A DNA stretch of 62,835 bases, filler included, from Rhabdomonas costata (GCA_019059605.1; 44 parts of 44 records of this genome joined end to end with filler, not necessarily neighbours in it); one strand, 5' to 3'; counted from the whole stretch's first letter, positions 49,163 through 62,039 are shown. Notes: generated by a model not told the origin, from the letters alone. Made by a program: numbers and translations.

Positions 49163-49934
49163 CTACTTTCTCCGGAGCCTTTCGAAGCATGCCCCAACGG
49201 TCCCATTGCTTTTTTTCCGGAAGGCCTTCTCCTTTTCGGCGCTGTCAAGGGCAGCCTTTGCCATTGCCCAAAACCCCTGCCTGCACATCCCATGGGTGTG
49301 GTGGCCAATCATTCCCTCAAAGGCGGTTTCGTCCGCCATCAGGGCGTCCCCATACGTGACGTCTCCAACCACCGCCAGCCACTTCTCCCGTTTCGCTTTG
49401 CAGAGCTCAAAGTAGACCCCCATCCGCAGGTCGATAATCATCTCGTTGTAGGTCAACGAGTCCAAGATGCTCTTTTGGGTAATGTTTGCCCGTGTTTGTC
49501 TATCGTGGTGCAGCAACGCTTGCATAAACATTGTCATCGGAACTCTCTCATCAGCCGCCGCCTGACCTATTACAGGAAGTGCAACAAAACATGACAAAAA
49601 TGCCCCGAAATCATCCAAAAGGTGTCAAGCCTCGTTGCAAACACAAGCCAATGCCAAGGCAAATGCCACACAAGTTGTTCATTATCAAGTTTGGCGCATG
49701 ACACACGGCATGAAGCCTGACAGCAACTGAAAAAAATCACGAAGACAGAACAAAGACAGTGCAGCAATATCTTGGCGGTGATAGGTCACACCTATCATCT
49801 CCAACACGGTCTTGCCCCTCGCACTCCGTTGCATATATGCAACCAAATGGAACCAGGGTGGCGGGAGTCGATCCAATGGCCTCCATTTCGGCAACAACGT
49901 CTTCCCAAGTACGGCGGTTGTCGCGAAGAAACTG
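49163..49934 (-). CDS. Last two exons of an unknown protein
   Basis: 49934-49844 and 49566-49163 (stop), phase 1: QFLRDNRRTWEDVVAEMEAIG...FGQAAADERVPMTMFMQALLHHDR...FERLRRK*. Confidence 0.65.
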
Positions 49935-51303
49935 CTGAACCCCCACCCCCACCCCAACCACACCCACCACANNNNNNNNNNNNNNNNNNNNNNNNNNNNN
50001 NNNNNNNNNNNNNNNTTAATTAATTAANNNNNNNNNNNNNNNNNNNNNNNNNNNNNNNNNNNNNNNNNNNNGGGTGGGGGGGCGGCCAGAGCATGGGCTC
50101 CGAAGGAACAAAGAAATTGTCCGTCCTGGTAAACAGCAAGGGCAATCTCAAGCGTCAATTTACAGGGTGCAGAGTGTGGCGAACAGGCACCTTATTTATC
50201 CGCTTGCTTCAGCACATGCAATCGAATGTGCCTGCTGACTAGCTCAGCCCAGCGGACCCGCAGTCTCCGGAACGTCACGCTTTAGTCAAGCACCTAGAAC
50301 TTATGTAATGTGGTCCTGCAACTGCTGAGCATGCTTCCACTTCGACACTGGCTGAAAATATTCTCAAAGCGTCCGAGAACATCATGTGGGGAAATCTCAC
50401 TGGCAGAGGGGACAGGTAGCTCACCGGACGTTCAAGAGACAAGTGAGGTCTCTAACCGTTACAATGACCTGATGGAGTTTTGAGCCACCCCTAATGCCGT
50501 GATCCTCGACATGCTACTGCTTTCTTTTCGAGGTCGGGCTGGGGTGCAGATGATCAGCCAGACTTCACGAAAGCACCCGATAAAAGTATCTTTAATGAAA
50601 GAAAGTCTTATACTTTTCTGACATCATCTTATTTTGAAGGGTGGAGTCTTATATATATGGACAAAGTCTTTTGCTTTCCAAGGCTGTCAGTCTTATACTT
50701 TTCTGAAAAAGTCTCATATATAGCGTCCCGACTGTTATTTCTCAGCATTGAGGTGCAACAAGACTTAGAAAGAAGGCTGACGACCAAAAGTCTCGCTACC
50801 CATGATTCATCCCAACAGAACACTGACCACCTCCATTGGCAGAGTTACTACAAGACAATCCAGATCGCAAATATGCACACCAGGAAACATGACACGACAG
50901 GCACGAGACTGAATTTACGCAAGAACTCTTTCAGAAGACCCGAACATAAACCAAATGAAGAGAATGCTTCCTTTCAACACACACACACACACTTTTCCCA
51001 AACATCTGGCTATTAAAAAGCACAGTTAATGAGGACGAAGGTGGCGTGTACCAGTGCAGCAGTCAGTTCTGGTGCAGGGCCCGGAGAGGCATTCCGTGCT
51101 CCCGCTGTTCGGAGTAAAACCCACCGGGGGGCACTCATACATCACTGCACGGCAGGTCGGGTGCACTGTGCAAAAAAACGAATCCTCCTATTGACTTTAG
51201 CATATAAAGCTGATCGAGATTCACACCCACCAAAATAAGGTTAGCGTGCACTTATAAGGGAGGCCTGCAAATTGGTCAAGACCATCTCGCTCTCAGTCCC
51301 AAC

Positions 51304-51382
51304 CTTCTCTCCGCAGCAGCAGCAGGTACAAATTGGCCCATCGATGTAACTGCGCTTCGCGGCCCAAGATATCGTCAAATTC
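51304..51382 (-). CDS. Possible short exon (EFDDILGREAQLHRWANLYLLLLRRE)
   Basis: ttccag acceptor and gttggg donor; frame uncertain. Confidence 0.35.
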
Positions 51383-51501
51383 CTGGAAATTCCACACCAC
51401 ANNNNNNNNNNNNNNNNNNNNNNNNNNNNNNNNNNNNNNNNNNNNTTAATTAATTAANNNNNNNNNNNNNNNNNNNNNNNNNNNNNNNNNNNNNNNNNNN
51501 N

Positions 51502-52831
51502 TACTGAGGTTGTAGTTGTACATCGTGAGCAGCATCCGTCCACCTTCAGCAATGATCGGCTCACCCTGTAATTTCCAGTCACCAGGCAATGCGGATACAA
51601 TAAAAACCACCACACATAAGACGCTCTTCAGGACGCTCAGGTTCTCAATACCTGCCACACTCAGTTGGAAAAATACCCACAGGAGATGAAAATACACAAC
51701 CACAAATTTGTCTACACGAACCCTCATGCAACCTCCTTCAGGCACCGCCCAAAAATCAAAAGGATAGCCCATCCGAATGTAAACTCTCGACTTTTGAGGG
51801 GGGGAGGGGGTATGGGGTAGGTCTGAACATCACACATGTCAACCACTTAGGCATCCACAACGGTGGCTACAGTGGCAGCGCCTGCCAAAAAAGTGAACGA
51901 TGGACTCAGTGGAGAAAAAAAGCATCGACAAAGAGCCAAGGCGCTGGTGCGTTTTGGGGACTCCACACACGCATGTGCCCTGGGACAAGATAGCAGGTCT
52001 CGCATGGGGTTAGGTGGCGACCCGCGTGGGTCCGCAACATTTAATGGGGGGGGGGGGTCCAAAAAATGCACCTACGCCAAAACCAAGTAGAGGACGGTGA
52101 GAACAGCAGAGTAAGTGAGTGAGAGAGACAGACCCCGAGCTGCCAGATCCCAAACCAAGTGTCGTCCAGCGAGGTGTAGGCCCCAAACGGGTGCTGCGTG
52201 GTGTCCACCGTTGCGGCGATCAGCGACCCGTTCCACGTGACAACCGCCCATTTCCACTTCCATAGCCTACCAAAACCCAAAAAGACAAGCCACGTGACCA
52301 CGCCAGACCCCCAAACAAGCAGGTAATATGGTGAACTATGAATTTGTATTGCCCCCCCCCCCAAAAAAAAAAGCGGTCAGTGATGGCTGTGAAAAACCTG
52401 GAACCTGTGCCAGATTGATTGCCGCAAAAATGTTCCAGATTTCAGATATTACCACGTGTTGTCATGACTGACTCCCACCCATAACATCAATTGCGGTTCT
52501 TGGTTCTTGGTGATATTCTTGCTAAAAAAAAACAGTACAATGAATTCTCATTTGGGTCGGTTTACTAAAAGGTACTCCAATTATGGACTGAAGTCTTGAG
52601 ACGGGGTGTGTACGTGGGGGAGGGGGTGCACCTGTCCCGCCGGTCCCCGAGCGCAATCCGCCCGCACGGACTCGGGCACCACCTCCAGCTCCACCGGGTA
52701 CCTCTCTCGGAGCACCGCCCGGGCCTGGCTCAGCACGCTCAACGTCACCAGAACACTCCCCGGAGAAGTATTTGTGCGGAGCACTTGGCGGTTCACCCCG
52801 CGCTCGAACCGCTGCACGACCACAACCCCAC
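51502..52831 (-). CDS. Three probable exons of an unknown protein (~52831-52632, 52266-52134, ~51566-51502)
   Basis: Splice signals and GC3 bias. The middle exon reads best as LWKWKWAVVTWNGSLIAATVDTTQHPFGAYTSLDDTWFGIWQLG; phases not fully reconciled. Confidence 0.4.
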
Positions 52832-53330
52832 NNNNNNNNNNNNNNNNNNNNNNNNNNNNNNNNNNNNNNNNNNNNTTAATTAATTAANNNNNNNNNNNNN
52901 NNNNNNNNNNNNNNNNNNNNNNNNNNNNNNNTTTGTTTGTTAGAAAATGCGCACCACAGGACATTTTCTTCCGCATCATCTTCATTCCAGCAGTTGCTAC
53001 CAAGGCAAGCAGTGCGGTGTCCTGAGCAGGGCCTTCAGATTGCATTCGATTAAGAAACACAAAAACAAACACTCGCTCTACGTCGCATGCAAAGGGAGAT
53101 TTCCACAGTTTCGACGGCGAAGGGGCGTTTGCACTCCCTAAAAAACAGCTTTTTGTCTCTTCCCCGAGTTCCGTTTATCTCCTTTGCCTTCCTCCTCGAG
53201 CAATTCGGGCGGTGGCACACCTGTACCCCGCCGTGCAATAGACGAGGCATCACTGCTTTCTGCAAACTTCTCACCGCGCCGCCGGCATCCGCACCCACCA
53301 CTAGCACTACCGCTACCGCGTACACTCCAG

Positions 53331-53735
53331 GTGGAGGTCCACATGCCGTGCATGCCCTGCACGGCGCTGCGGCTGAGCTACCGCAGCCCCGCCTCCGTGG
53401 TGCTGCCGTGCTTCCAGCCGTTTGAGGAGCCCGCCACGGGGATTTCCGACGACCAGGACCTGGAGTACGCTTGCACCGCCACGACTACCCCCCTCCCCCC
53501 CCCCCCGTGCGCTCTTCAGAGATGCTTGAGACAGGAAGGAATAAGAAGTTATGTGTAGGAACCATATTCTGTCCGGCAGGCTGCTTGCCGGTTCCGATCA
53601 ACGGGGGCCAGGCCACGGTGCTGCTCTTCCGCACCTTTGTGTCGCTTTTGGAGGAGCTACAGAGCAGCCCTGCGTTTGCCCGGGCCCTGGTGGTGTTCCG
53701 CACTAACGGCAGCGACATGGCGGACCTGCTGCAGG
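53331..53735 (+). CDS. Exonic segments of an unknown, possibly HAD-like protein
   Basis: cag|VEVHMPCMPCTALRLSY... and VLLFRTFVSLLEEL...ALVVFRTNGSDMADLL; junction between them unresolved. Confidence 0.45.
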
Positions 53736-54054
53736 AACCCGCACCCGCACCCCTCACCCCTGCACTGGAAATTATTATGCGCTATAAGGATCCTAAAAAA
53801 TATCATAAATACAACAGGGTTTGTACATGTAGTTGTTTGAAATTGGTCAATGTCTTTAGATTTTAAGACTTTTTTGAAACAGGGTTTTGGAACAGGGTTA
53901 AGTGACAAAGCACACGGCAGGATTGAGCCGTCCCAAGTGCCAGCTTTCGACAAACAGAAAAATGGTGTACTTTTTGGTCCGCTCTGCAATACGAAACAGA
54001 AAAATTCAACCATGCTGTAAAAAGGGTAAAGAAGGTAAACGAAGCGTCCCGGTT

Positions 54055-54081
54055 AGAAGAAGAAGAAGAAGAAGAAGAAGA
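54055..54081. repeat. (AGA)9 microsatellite
   Basis: Perfect trinucleotide run. Confidence 0.9.
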
Positions 54082-54428
54082 CTTGCAGTGTTTTAGACCA
54101 ACGCTTGCATCATCGATGGTCATCTTAAGGGTCACCTTAGGCCGCAGATCCCGCAGGAATCTTGGATCTTAGGAGCTTTTTTCAGCTCCTAAAAGAGAGG
54201 AGATTTTAGAGAGGGGATCTTGCATGGACATGGGCACCCAGTACCTGAGCCACCAACACNNNNNNNNNNNNNNNNNNNNNNNNNNNNNNNNNNNNNNNNN
54301 NNNTTAATTAATTAANNNNNNNNNNNNNNNNNNNNNNNNNNNNNNNNNNNNNNNNNNNNGGTGGGGTGGTGACTGATATGTCACGCTGCACGTTTTGCCG
54401 GATGAGCTCAAGTTGCCTGAAAAGCTAC

Positions 54429-55613
54429 CGAGTATCGCCGAGCCACCGCGGGCAGGCCTGGGTTTGCCCGCACGGGCACCACCCGTGGGGGCCGCGGCAT
54501 CCCCAGGACCAGGCTGGGCGACCCCGCCAAAGCAGGTGGAGGAGGCGGAGGAGCAGGTGGTGGTGGTGAAGGCAGCTTCACAGCAGGCTCCGTGGAAACC
54601 GCTGGTGAGAAGCCTGTAGACGGGAAAGAATCCGCGGGGGGTACCCGATGGCCGGTGGACTGGGCCTGGAGGTGGGCCAGGAACTGCCCCAGGAAGGGCC
54701 CGCCCACGCCCAGCAGGCGCGCGTAGTGCACCAGCCACGGCTGCAGGTCCGCGCTACTCTCGATGAATAACTGAAGCGAGGCAGACAAAAGCCAGAAAAA
54801 AAAGACAGCCCAGAAGTTTGGATAAGGGCATATAATGATAGTGACATAGTTGCTAACCAACAAAACCGTCGCACATCGACAGGTGGCTTAAAATAGCTAT
54901 ATTACGCTGAAGCTATACCCCAGGGAGCCCATCGCTGTGTTCGGAGTCTTGGACAGTCAGCCCAGAAATGTTGAGCAGTTCAATGGTGGTATCGCAGAAG
55001 AAATTCGGAAGGAAAAACAGAGCCGAAGAAGCCAAAAAGCAGAGAAAATACCAGTGCGGTGAAATATTAGCTTGGAATCTTGCCACGACGGGTATTGGTG
55101 CTGTGGTAACCACAATTACCACCATCCCCCCTACCCCACCCCAAGACAACTAGCTTTGCACCGACAACCAAGCTGCATTTTCTGTGCGAAAAACACGGAT
55201 TATTAGCAAGAAACACACTTCGCTCTCAGGGCTCATCCTCAGGATGGCCACCCGGAAGGCCTTCAGGGCATGGGCGAAGTACCGGTTCTGCACCAGAGCC
55301 TTGGCCTGGCCCCACTCCACCGAAGAAAGCTCATCCTCAAGCAACTGCTGGGCCAAATCCTCCCTGGGCAGCCCCAGGCGTGTCGCGGCCTGGTCAATGG
55401 CACTGTCAACGCTCGGCACGTGACGAGGCCCACTGCCCGCTTTCCGGGGGTCACCCACACCACGGGAATGTGCGAGCATGAGCAGGTGGACGCCAACAAT
55501 GTAGTGCCTGTCCTGGAGCTGCTGAAGAGCAGAGGAGAGAAGCTCCTCTGCAGAGGCCACTGGGGGGCCTTCCGCCGGGCCACTGGGAGGCAAGGAGGGG
55601 AACTGCCCTTCCG
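54429..55613 (-). CDS. Two exons of an unknown protein with a polyproline tract
   Basis: 55613-55219 (donor gtgtgt) and 54770-~54429, phase 0; helical region then PSPPPPAPPPPPP. Confidence 0.65.
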
Positions 55614-56363
55614 CTGCAGGAAAAGGAAGAGGGTACCGCATCAGGCCCAGCTCAGGCAGCCCAGCAGGGATCGGTACCCCCCCAACCCCNNNNNNNNNNN
55701 NNNNNNNNNNNNNNNNNNNNNNNNNNNNNNNNNTTAATTAATTAANNNNNNNNNNNNNNNNNNNNNNNNNNNNNNNNNNNNNNNNNNNNCATCTGAAGAT
55801 GATGTCAATAGCAGTGGCGCATTTCATGCCGCCGACACGCTGAAACATAATTAGTTTTCAGTTTTCATTCAGTGCTCGCACTGCTTTTATGAGGATGAAG
55901 GGGAAGTGCAAGAACAGAAAAATTCCCACCTTCAAGAGCCAATTGCAAAAAGTGATCTACACGGGAAAAAACAAGGTTCGGTTACATTTTAGCAGCTCAC
56001 AGAAGGGAAAGACAGGGGAGAGACGGCACAGAACACGCTAAGAAGGGTGATGAAAAGACCGGTATTTTCCCGTGGGTGATTTTGCTTTCTTTTTCGGCCT
56101 GTTCTTTGTTTGTCGTTTTTTTCTCACCTTTGAAATGAAGCGGGCGATACCAAAAGATAATGTAAATATAAAAAGAGTGTGCAGATCGTGGTGTGTGCCC
56201 GGTTGAGCCTGATTTGCGTGCTTGCGGGTATCAGAACGCGAGCTTCTGAGTCTGAAAATGCCTGATCCTGACATCACACCCTTTTTTCTCGATAGTGCCA
56301 TTTTGAGGTGACGCGGACAATGTCTTGGTATGTTGGTTTGGTGTATGCGTGATGTGCTCCCAG

Positions 56364-57119
56364 AGCTGGTGCTACAGCGCGAGAGCGTCACGGAAGAGCG
56401 CCGCGCCGTGGCCGCGGAGTGCCTCCGGGAGCAGGCCGCGGTGAGCAGCGGAGGGGCGGATGCCGGGGATCTCTCTGCGGTGGCCACCGCTGCCGCGGCT
56501 GCAACCATGAGCTACCTCAGCACCCCTCTGCCTCCCGCGGGAGGAGGTCTCTCTCTCTTTTTTTTGTGCCACTTCACTGTGCTGTCTGCGGTGTTCACCG
56601 ACCGATGTAGAGTTTTGTAAGAGTGTCACAAGACCTGTGGCTCGAAACTTCTTTGTAAGTGTTGTGGAAGGGCCCAGACGTACCAGAAAACACTTTTTAA
56701 TTGAAAAGTTGAACAGACTGTGGTGTTTTCCTCCTTTTGCTCCATCATGTGTGTTGCAGTCCCCGGGATTGGTCGACCACCGACTTGCCACATTTTTGCT
56801 GGTTGAGGTTCCTGTTTTCCTGTTGTGGTGTGTGCATCTGTAAATTGTCGCTTGTGTGTCACTCCGCAGGAGCGGATGCGTTTTCGTGGACCCAAAGGGA
56901 GCATCTTTATGGCCATGCGCATCGCTCTCTTCCCTGCGGTCACCAACCCCACCACTACCACCACCACCGCCATCACCACCACCACCACCGGTGCGCGCTT
57001 CACCGCCAACCCGTACGCCATGACTGCCACCACCACCACTACCATCACCACCACCACCACCGGTGCGCGCTTCACCGCCAACCCGTACGCCATGACTGCC
57101 ACCACCACCACTACCATCG
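56364..57119 (+). CDS. Two exons; the second encodes His/Cys-rich repeats
   Basis: 56364-56546 (donor gtctct) and 56870 to the contig edge. The phase-1 join selects the frame GADAFSW...HHYHHHRHHHHHHRCALHRQPVRHDCHHHHYH. Confidence 0.55.
56970..57118 (+). repeat. 72-bp tandem repeat, two exact copies plus the start of a third
   Basis: 56970-57041 is identical to 57042-57113; truncated by the contig end. Confidence 0.95.
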
Positions 57120-57416
57120 NNNNNNNNNNNNNNNNNNNNNNNNNNNNNNNNNNNNNNNNNNNNTTAATTAATTAANNNNNNNNNNNNNNNNNNNNNNNNN
57201 NNNNNNNNNNNNNNNNNNNTTTTTTGGGAAGCGCTCTCGCCATGCCAAGAACAGGGAATTGATGCACAAAAAATCAGCCGGATCATTTTAAACAGCCTGA
57301 CTCTCGGCCTGATTCCTAGTTGCGAACCAACTGGACAAAAGTCGTATCCCTAATCGGTCATCACCAAACCCGCATGAGAGTCATGGCGAGTGCGTTTGGA
57401 GTGTGCGCAATCATAC

Positions 57417-57803
57417 GTTGTGCACGACGGCCAGGTATGTGCTGATAACTTCCTCCACCTGCTCCGGCCGGGTGCGCACCACCGCAGAAAAGTCGGTAAT
57501 GTCCACGAGAAGCAGCGTGACCGTGCCGCATCGCAGCCCCAGATCCGTCTGGGGCAGCACAAGTTGTGCCGCGGGGAGGTCAGGGCTGTGACGTCCCACG
57601 GGAGGTGGGGCCCTGCGAGGGCTGAGGCGAGTCACTCCCGCTTGCTCGAGCGATGCATATGATTCTGGCTGTGGTAGATTCGGCCCAGAAGGCTCCCCTG
57701 CTGAGCCGATGATTTCCCTCGGCGCTAGGCGCGTTGGGAAGAGCGTTTGCGGGATATAGCACCGCAGCTGGGAAAGAATCCCGATGGTATCATTCAGCCA
57801 GAC
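57417..57803 (-). CDS. Class III cyclase-like exon (linker and first strand of cyclase domain)
   Basis: cag|...LSQLRCYIPQTL...LGLRCGTVTLLLVDITDFSAVV...STYLAVVHN|gtatga; D-I-x-x-F motif. Confidence 0.75.
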
Positions 57804-59149
57804 CTGCACCCGAAGGAAAGAGATGTCTGTGTGTCTAGTATGTTTCGCCGGTGTATCTAGTCCAATCAAATCATGTGTTTGCCGGTGTATCCAGTGCAAT
57901 GATTGGGGAAATGCCCATGTCCAAATATCCAATGTCCAAATCATTTCTTCACACCTACAGATAGTCAGTGCGCATACTACCACTATAAGCAGGTTAATCA
58001 AACCCAATCGAATCTAAGACAAAACTCGAAATAAAAAGGGGCTTGAAATGGACAATAATTCTGAAACTCGGTGCTCCCTTGCGAGTGGAAGTTGAGTATT
58101 TTCGAAACTCTCCCTGGAATTCCATCATATCAGGGGGAAACGGGAACGGGGGAGGCCTTGCATGCGAGAACTCGAACTTTTGTACATTTTTTCCACAGTC
58201 ATGGCCCCTTTTTAAATCGAGTTTTGTCCTAACGCCAGCAATGCACTGAAACGTTTCACGATCTCCAACTTCAACCCACAAAAACAGCCCAGCGCTAGAT
58301 ATATACAATCCTCTCACCTGAGCGATGGCCAAAGTTGATATTGCGTATGATGCATGCAAATAGGTTCTGCCTGTTAGCGGTCAACGGGCAGTATCGTATT
58401 GCAATCGTAAATCCTTGGTATGACAAAGGTAATTACAGATTACGCCGTGCAAACCCACCCAAAACTCCCATTTATCCACACCCAAACAAAGCCGGGGGCA
58501 TGGCGAAGGAACAAAGCACCAACACTTCCACAGCTGGAACTTACACCCANNNNNNNNNNNNNNNNNNNNNNNNNNNNNNNNNNNNNNNNNNNNTTAATTA
58601 ATTAANNNNNNNNNNNNNNNNNNNNNNNNNNNNNNNNNNNNNNNNNNNNTGTGTTGTGTGGAAAGCAATTCAAAAACTAGCAATGCTGCTTTTTGAATTG
58701 CTAGTTTTTTTGGAAGCAGAAAAGCAAAATAAAATTCGATTCACTATAGTTGGTTTTGGTGCGCTTCAGCTTGGAAGAATGGAAGACAATGAAATACAGG
58801 CCGATTTCCGATGAGAGCAGCCGTACCAAGAGGGGTGATCATCCCTTGCAAACGCTTGTCTCATCGGTCATGGAATGCCTGAACTTCTGAAATTTACGTG
58901 CGGTTAACGTTGCGTGCAAAATGGTTTTACTCCTGATGTTCCTGAAGCGAAGATGTACGACGTCTGCTGCGCAGCAGTGGCTTTGTTTGTGTCTGCTTTA
59001 CATAGGCTGCTCACATCTTTTATTGCTTGCAACCCAATCGCATCACCACCTGCGAGTGGACCTGGTTTTATTTTTGGGGAGGGATTTCGGGAGGCCGGCC
59101 AGAAAAGTAATCAAGAAAAGGAAGCCAGCAAGGAAGCAAGTCCGAGAGA

Positions 59150-59466
59150 ATGCTGCAAGTCCTGGGCAAGGAAGTGAAGCGGGAGTCGGGCCACAAGGCC
59201 CAGGTAGACAATATCATTCGCGCCAAGGCGGTCAGCGACATCGTCCGCACCACCCTGGGCCCCCGGGCCATGCTGAAGATGATCCTGGACCCCATGGGGG
59301 GGATCGTGATGACCAACGACGGCAACGCCATCCTGAGGGAGGTCGACGTGACCCACCCCTCAGCTCGGCACATGATCGAGCTGGCCCGCGCGCAAGATGA
59401 GGAGGTCGGGGATGGTACCACCTCCGTGATCGTGCTTGCCGGGGAGATGCTGCAGATGGCCCTTAG
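59150..59466 (+). CDS. CCT3: T-complex protein 1 subunit gamma (CCT3), N-terminal exon
   Basis: KRESGHKAQ..NI..AKAVSDIVRTTLGPRAMLKMILDPMGGIVMTNDGNAILRE...AQDEEVGDGTTSVIVLAGEML; donor gtttga at 59467. The exon may start at the AG at 59158-59159 instead. Confidence 0.95.
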
Positions 59467-60445
59467 GTTTGAGCACAGTTTTCGTCTCGGGTGACGGTGG
59501 TGAATGGACGTTTGTCATTATGCTGCAATAATAATCCTTTGGAGGCGGATATCCTGTGGAGGCGATTGCGACTTTGCGTTCGAGTGTGATTTATGAGACC
59601 CTACCAGACAGTTCAGCTTTTTTCGGACCAAAATCTGTCTCTGTTGGGGTTGAAAAGTTGCTTGTTGACGATTGGATGGCTTTCAAGGTGAAAGACGTGA
59701 TGTCAAGGATAGGTGGATAGAAATTGTGAGGCGTGCATCCTTCCGTCTCCCCTGCTCTGTGCCAGCCACACAAGGTGCTTGGGGGTGCTGCTTGCCTTTG
59801 GGAGCAGGGCCCCCACCTGATGCCGTCCCGGTCCTCTGCTCCTTTGCCCATGGCCCTTTTGTATTGGAATATGTTACGTGGTTTTGGTGAGCACCTCCCA
59901 TGCAAAGCGTGCTGCGTCGTCCGCTGCAAGCGTGGCCTTCCGGGGGGTCGTCCCCATTTCACGAGGCTCCCCACCCACANNNNNNNNNNNNNNNNNNNNN
60001 NNNNNNNNNNNNNNNNNNNNNNNTTAATTAATTAANNNNNNNNNNNNNNNNNNNNNNNNNNNNNNNNNNNNNNNNNNNNATTCCAAGTTCGACAAGAATT
60101 GAACCTCTGTACGGGTTTGTTGATTTTGAAGGAAATCCTGCAACTCCGGACCACTGAGTTTGCTGCGGCTTTTTGCCCATTTCTTGTCGCTTTGATTGCT
60201 GAGTCGCAGTCACATGCACTCCTCTGTGAGTCTCTCTCTTTCCATTTTTGATTGACTTTTTTGTCAATGCCTACTGGAACCTCGAACATCTTATGACGTG
60301 GCATGATGTGTGTGCGTGTGCGTGCGTTCGCAATTCACAGCACCCATTCGGACAGCAGCAGCTCACAACCTGAAAGCTTGTTCCTCTCCTTCCACACACA
60401 CACACACGGACGCACGCCAGCCCCTCCCGTCCCTTCACGGCGCAG

Positions 60446-61073
60446 AGGTGGGTGGACCCCGTTGCAAGTGGTGCGCGTGAACATGGACAACAGCATCGTC
60501 CGCTTCTACACTCCCGCCGTGACACTTGCCGCAAACACTGAGTACACCGTCTCCGTTACGAGGGGCTTTGCCAGCAATGCCACTGGGCTGCTTGCCAGTA
60601 TGTGCCCCCCGCCCCCCCGCTCACCTCGTTTCCTTTCCTTTTCAGCTGAAGGTCCGGAAGTCTGTGCTGCCCAATTGATGCTGGGGCATAGCACTTGTAT
60701 TCAGGCGGAGGTCAGTGGCGTGGCCGGAGTGGTTGGCTAGGGCTACTAGGGCATTTTTAGAATTTTTAGATGCTCTGCTGGTATAAAAACTTGTTACTAC
60801 TGGTAACTGTCCACCTTCAACAGCAAGAGGGTGTTAGAAGGCCCAAAATAAGCTGGTAGTCGATTCGGGTTGGTTTTGGTGATCCCTGCCCGCTTCCCAG
60901 CTTGCTGCCGCATCTTCCCTTACTCCCCCAATTTTGCTATTTTCTCTCCACAGCCCCCCCGGCGAGTTACTGGGTCTTCAGCACCGCGGGCAGTGCCACG
61001 GAGACTTCGCGGAAGCTCCAGCTGTGGCTTGCCATGGACATCACTTACTTCTACTACCAGGCCTTCTTCTCGG
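60446..61073 (+). CDS. Bacterial-type Ig-like (Big_5/SbsA-like) domain protein, two exons
   Basis: 60446-60597 and 60954-61073, phase 1: VRFYTPAVTLAANTEYTVSVTRGFASNATGLLATPPASYWVFST, matching F.P...L...T.YTV....G.......L.....W.F.T. Confidence 0.72.
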
Positions 61074-61526
61074 GTGTGCCGCGTTGGGCTCACTTTTGCT
61101 TGGCAGTTGCTCTGTGTGCAAGGGGGGTTAGAAATGGAGGGTGGTGAGAAATGAAAAGGATGTGGAATGGTGGGCTGAAAGAAATCCCTTGACCTGTGGT
61201 TTTCGCCGGTTGACCCACCAGCAGCGAATGAGTGAATCTGTGATCCAGAAAGTAAGGCGTCAATTGGAGATTATCTGCTGCTCTTCTCCTCGCGTGCCGT
61301 GGAATGGCCGGAGCTGGTTTTTGACTCTCGAAGGCATTGTAAGAAAGCAGCATGATCTCCTTTGCCCCCGCTGCCTTCTTACAATGTCTTCGAGAGTCAA
61401 AAACCACCANNNNNNNNNNNNNNNNNNNNNNNNNNNNNNNNNNNNNNNNNNNNTTAATTAATTAANNNNNNNNNNNNNNNNNNNNNNNNNNNNNNNNNNN
61501 NNNNNNNNNGGTAGTAACATCCCCAC

Positions 61527-62039
61527 CTGCAAGGCATTGGTGAACACTGAGGTCGTGCCACTGGAGTCCTTCCGCACAAAGCGGCTGATCGAAACATTGG
61601 GGAGGAGCCCACCTAGCGCGGGGTTCAGCATCACGATGCGTGGGTCGTTCCAAGCCGTCACTCGTTCCGAGTATATGTCCACCAGGAGCTGCGTGGTGAG
61701 GTTCAGCGGGGGGCTGTTGATGGTCATCCCAGGAAGGTTGTAGATCACCGCCACACCGATCACGAACAGCGGCAGCTGCTGGATATCCGATGCTCCGGCT
61801 GCCTTCTCCGCGGTGCTCAGGCTGGCCTCCGAGCACGCGAAGTCGCTCTGGCCACCCAACACCGCCATCTTGCCCGCACCGCTGCCCGTCCCTGTGTACG
61901 TCACCTTGCACGACGGGAATGCGAAGGCCAGCTGCTGCTCCAGGGAGGCCACCATGGTGGACCCCTGGCCCTGCAAGGGAATCAGGCCTTGCGCACTCAG
62001 CGCCGCGGCAAATGTGAAGAGTACTGGAGTGTAATACAT
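61527..62039 (-). CDS. pstS: PstS-like phosphate-binding domain with signal peptide; first exon
   Basis: GQGST, VTYTGTGSGAG, DFACSE, VIYNLPG, LVDIY..VTAWNDPRI..LNP and RKDSSGTTSVFT are PstS family motifs; GT donor at 61526. Confidence 0.92.

Noticed and set aside
61527-62039. PstS, PrpE and ClpB as bacterial contamination
   Set aside because: Each is bounded by spliceosomal sites with non-coding flanks and host-like codon usage.
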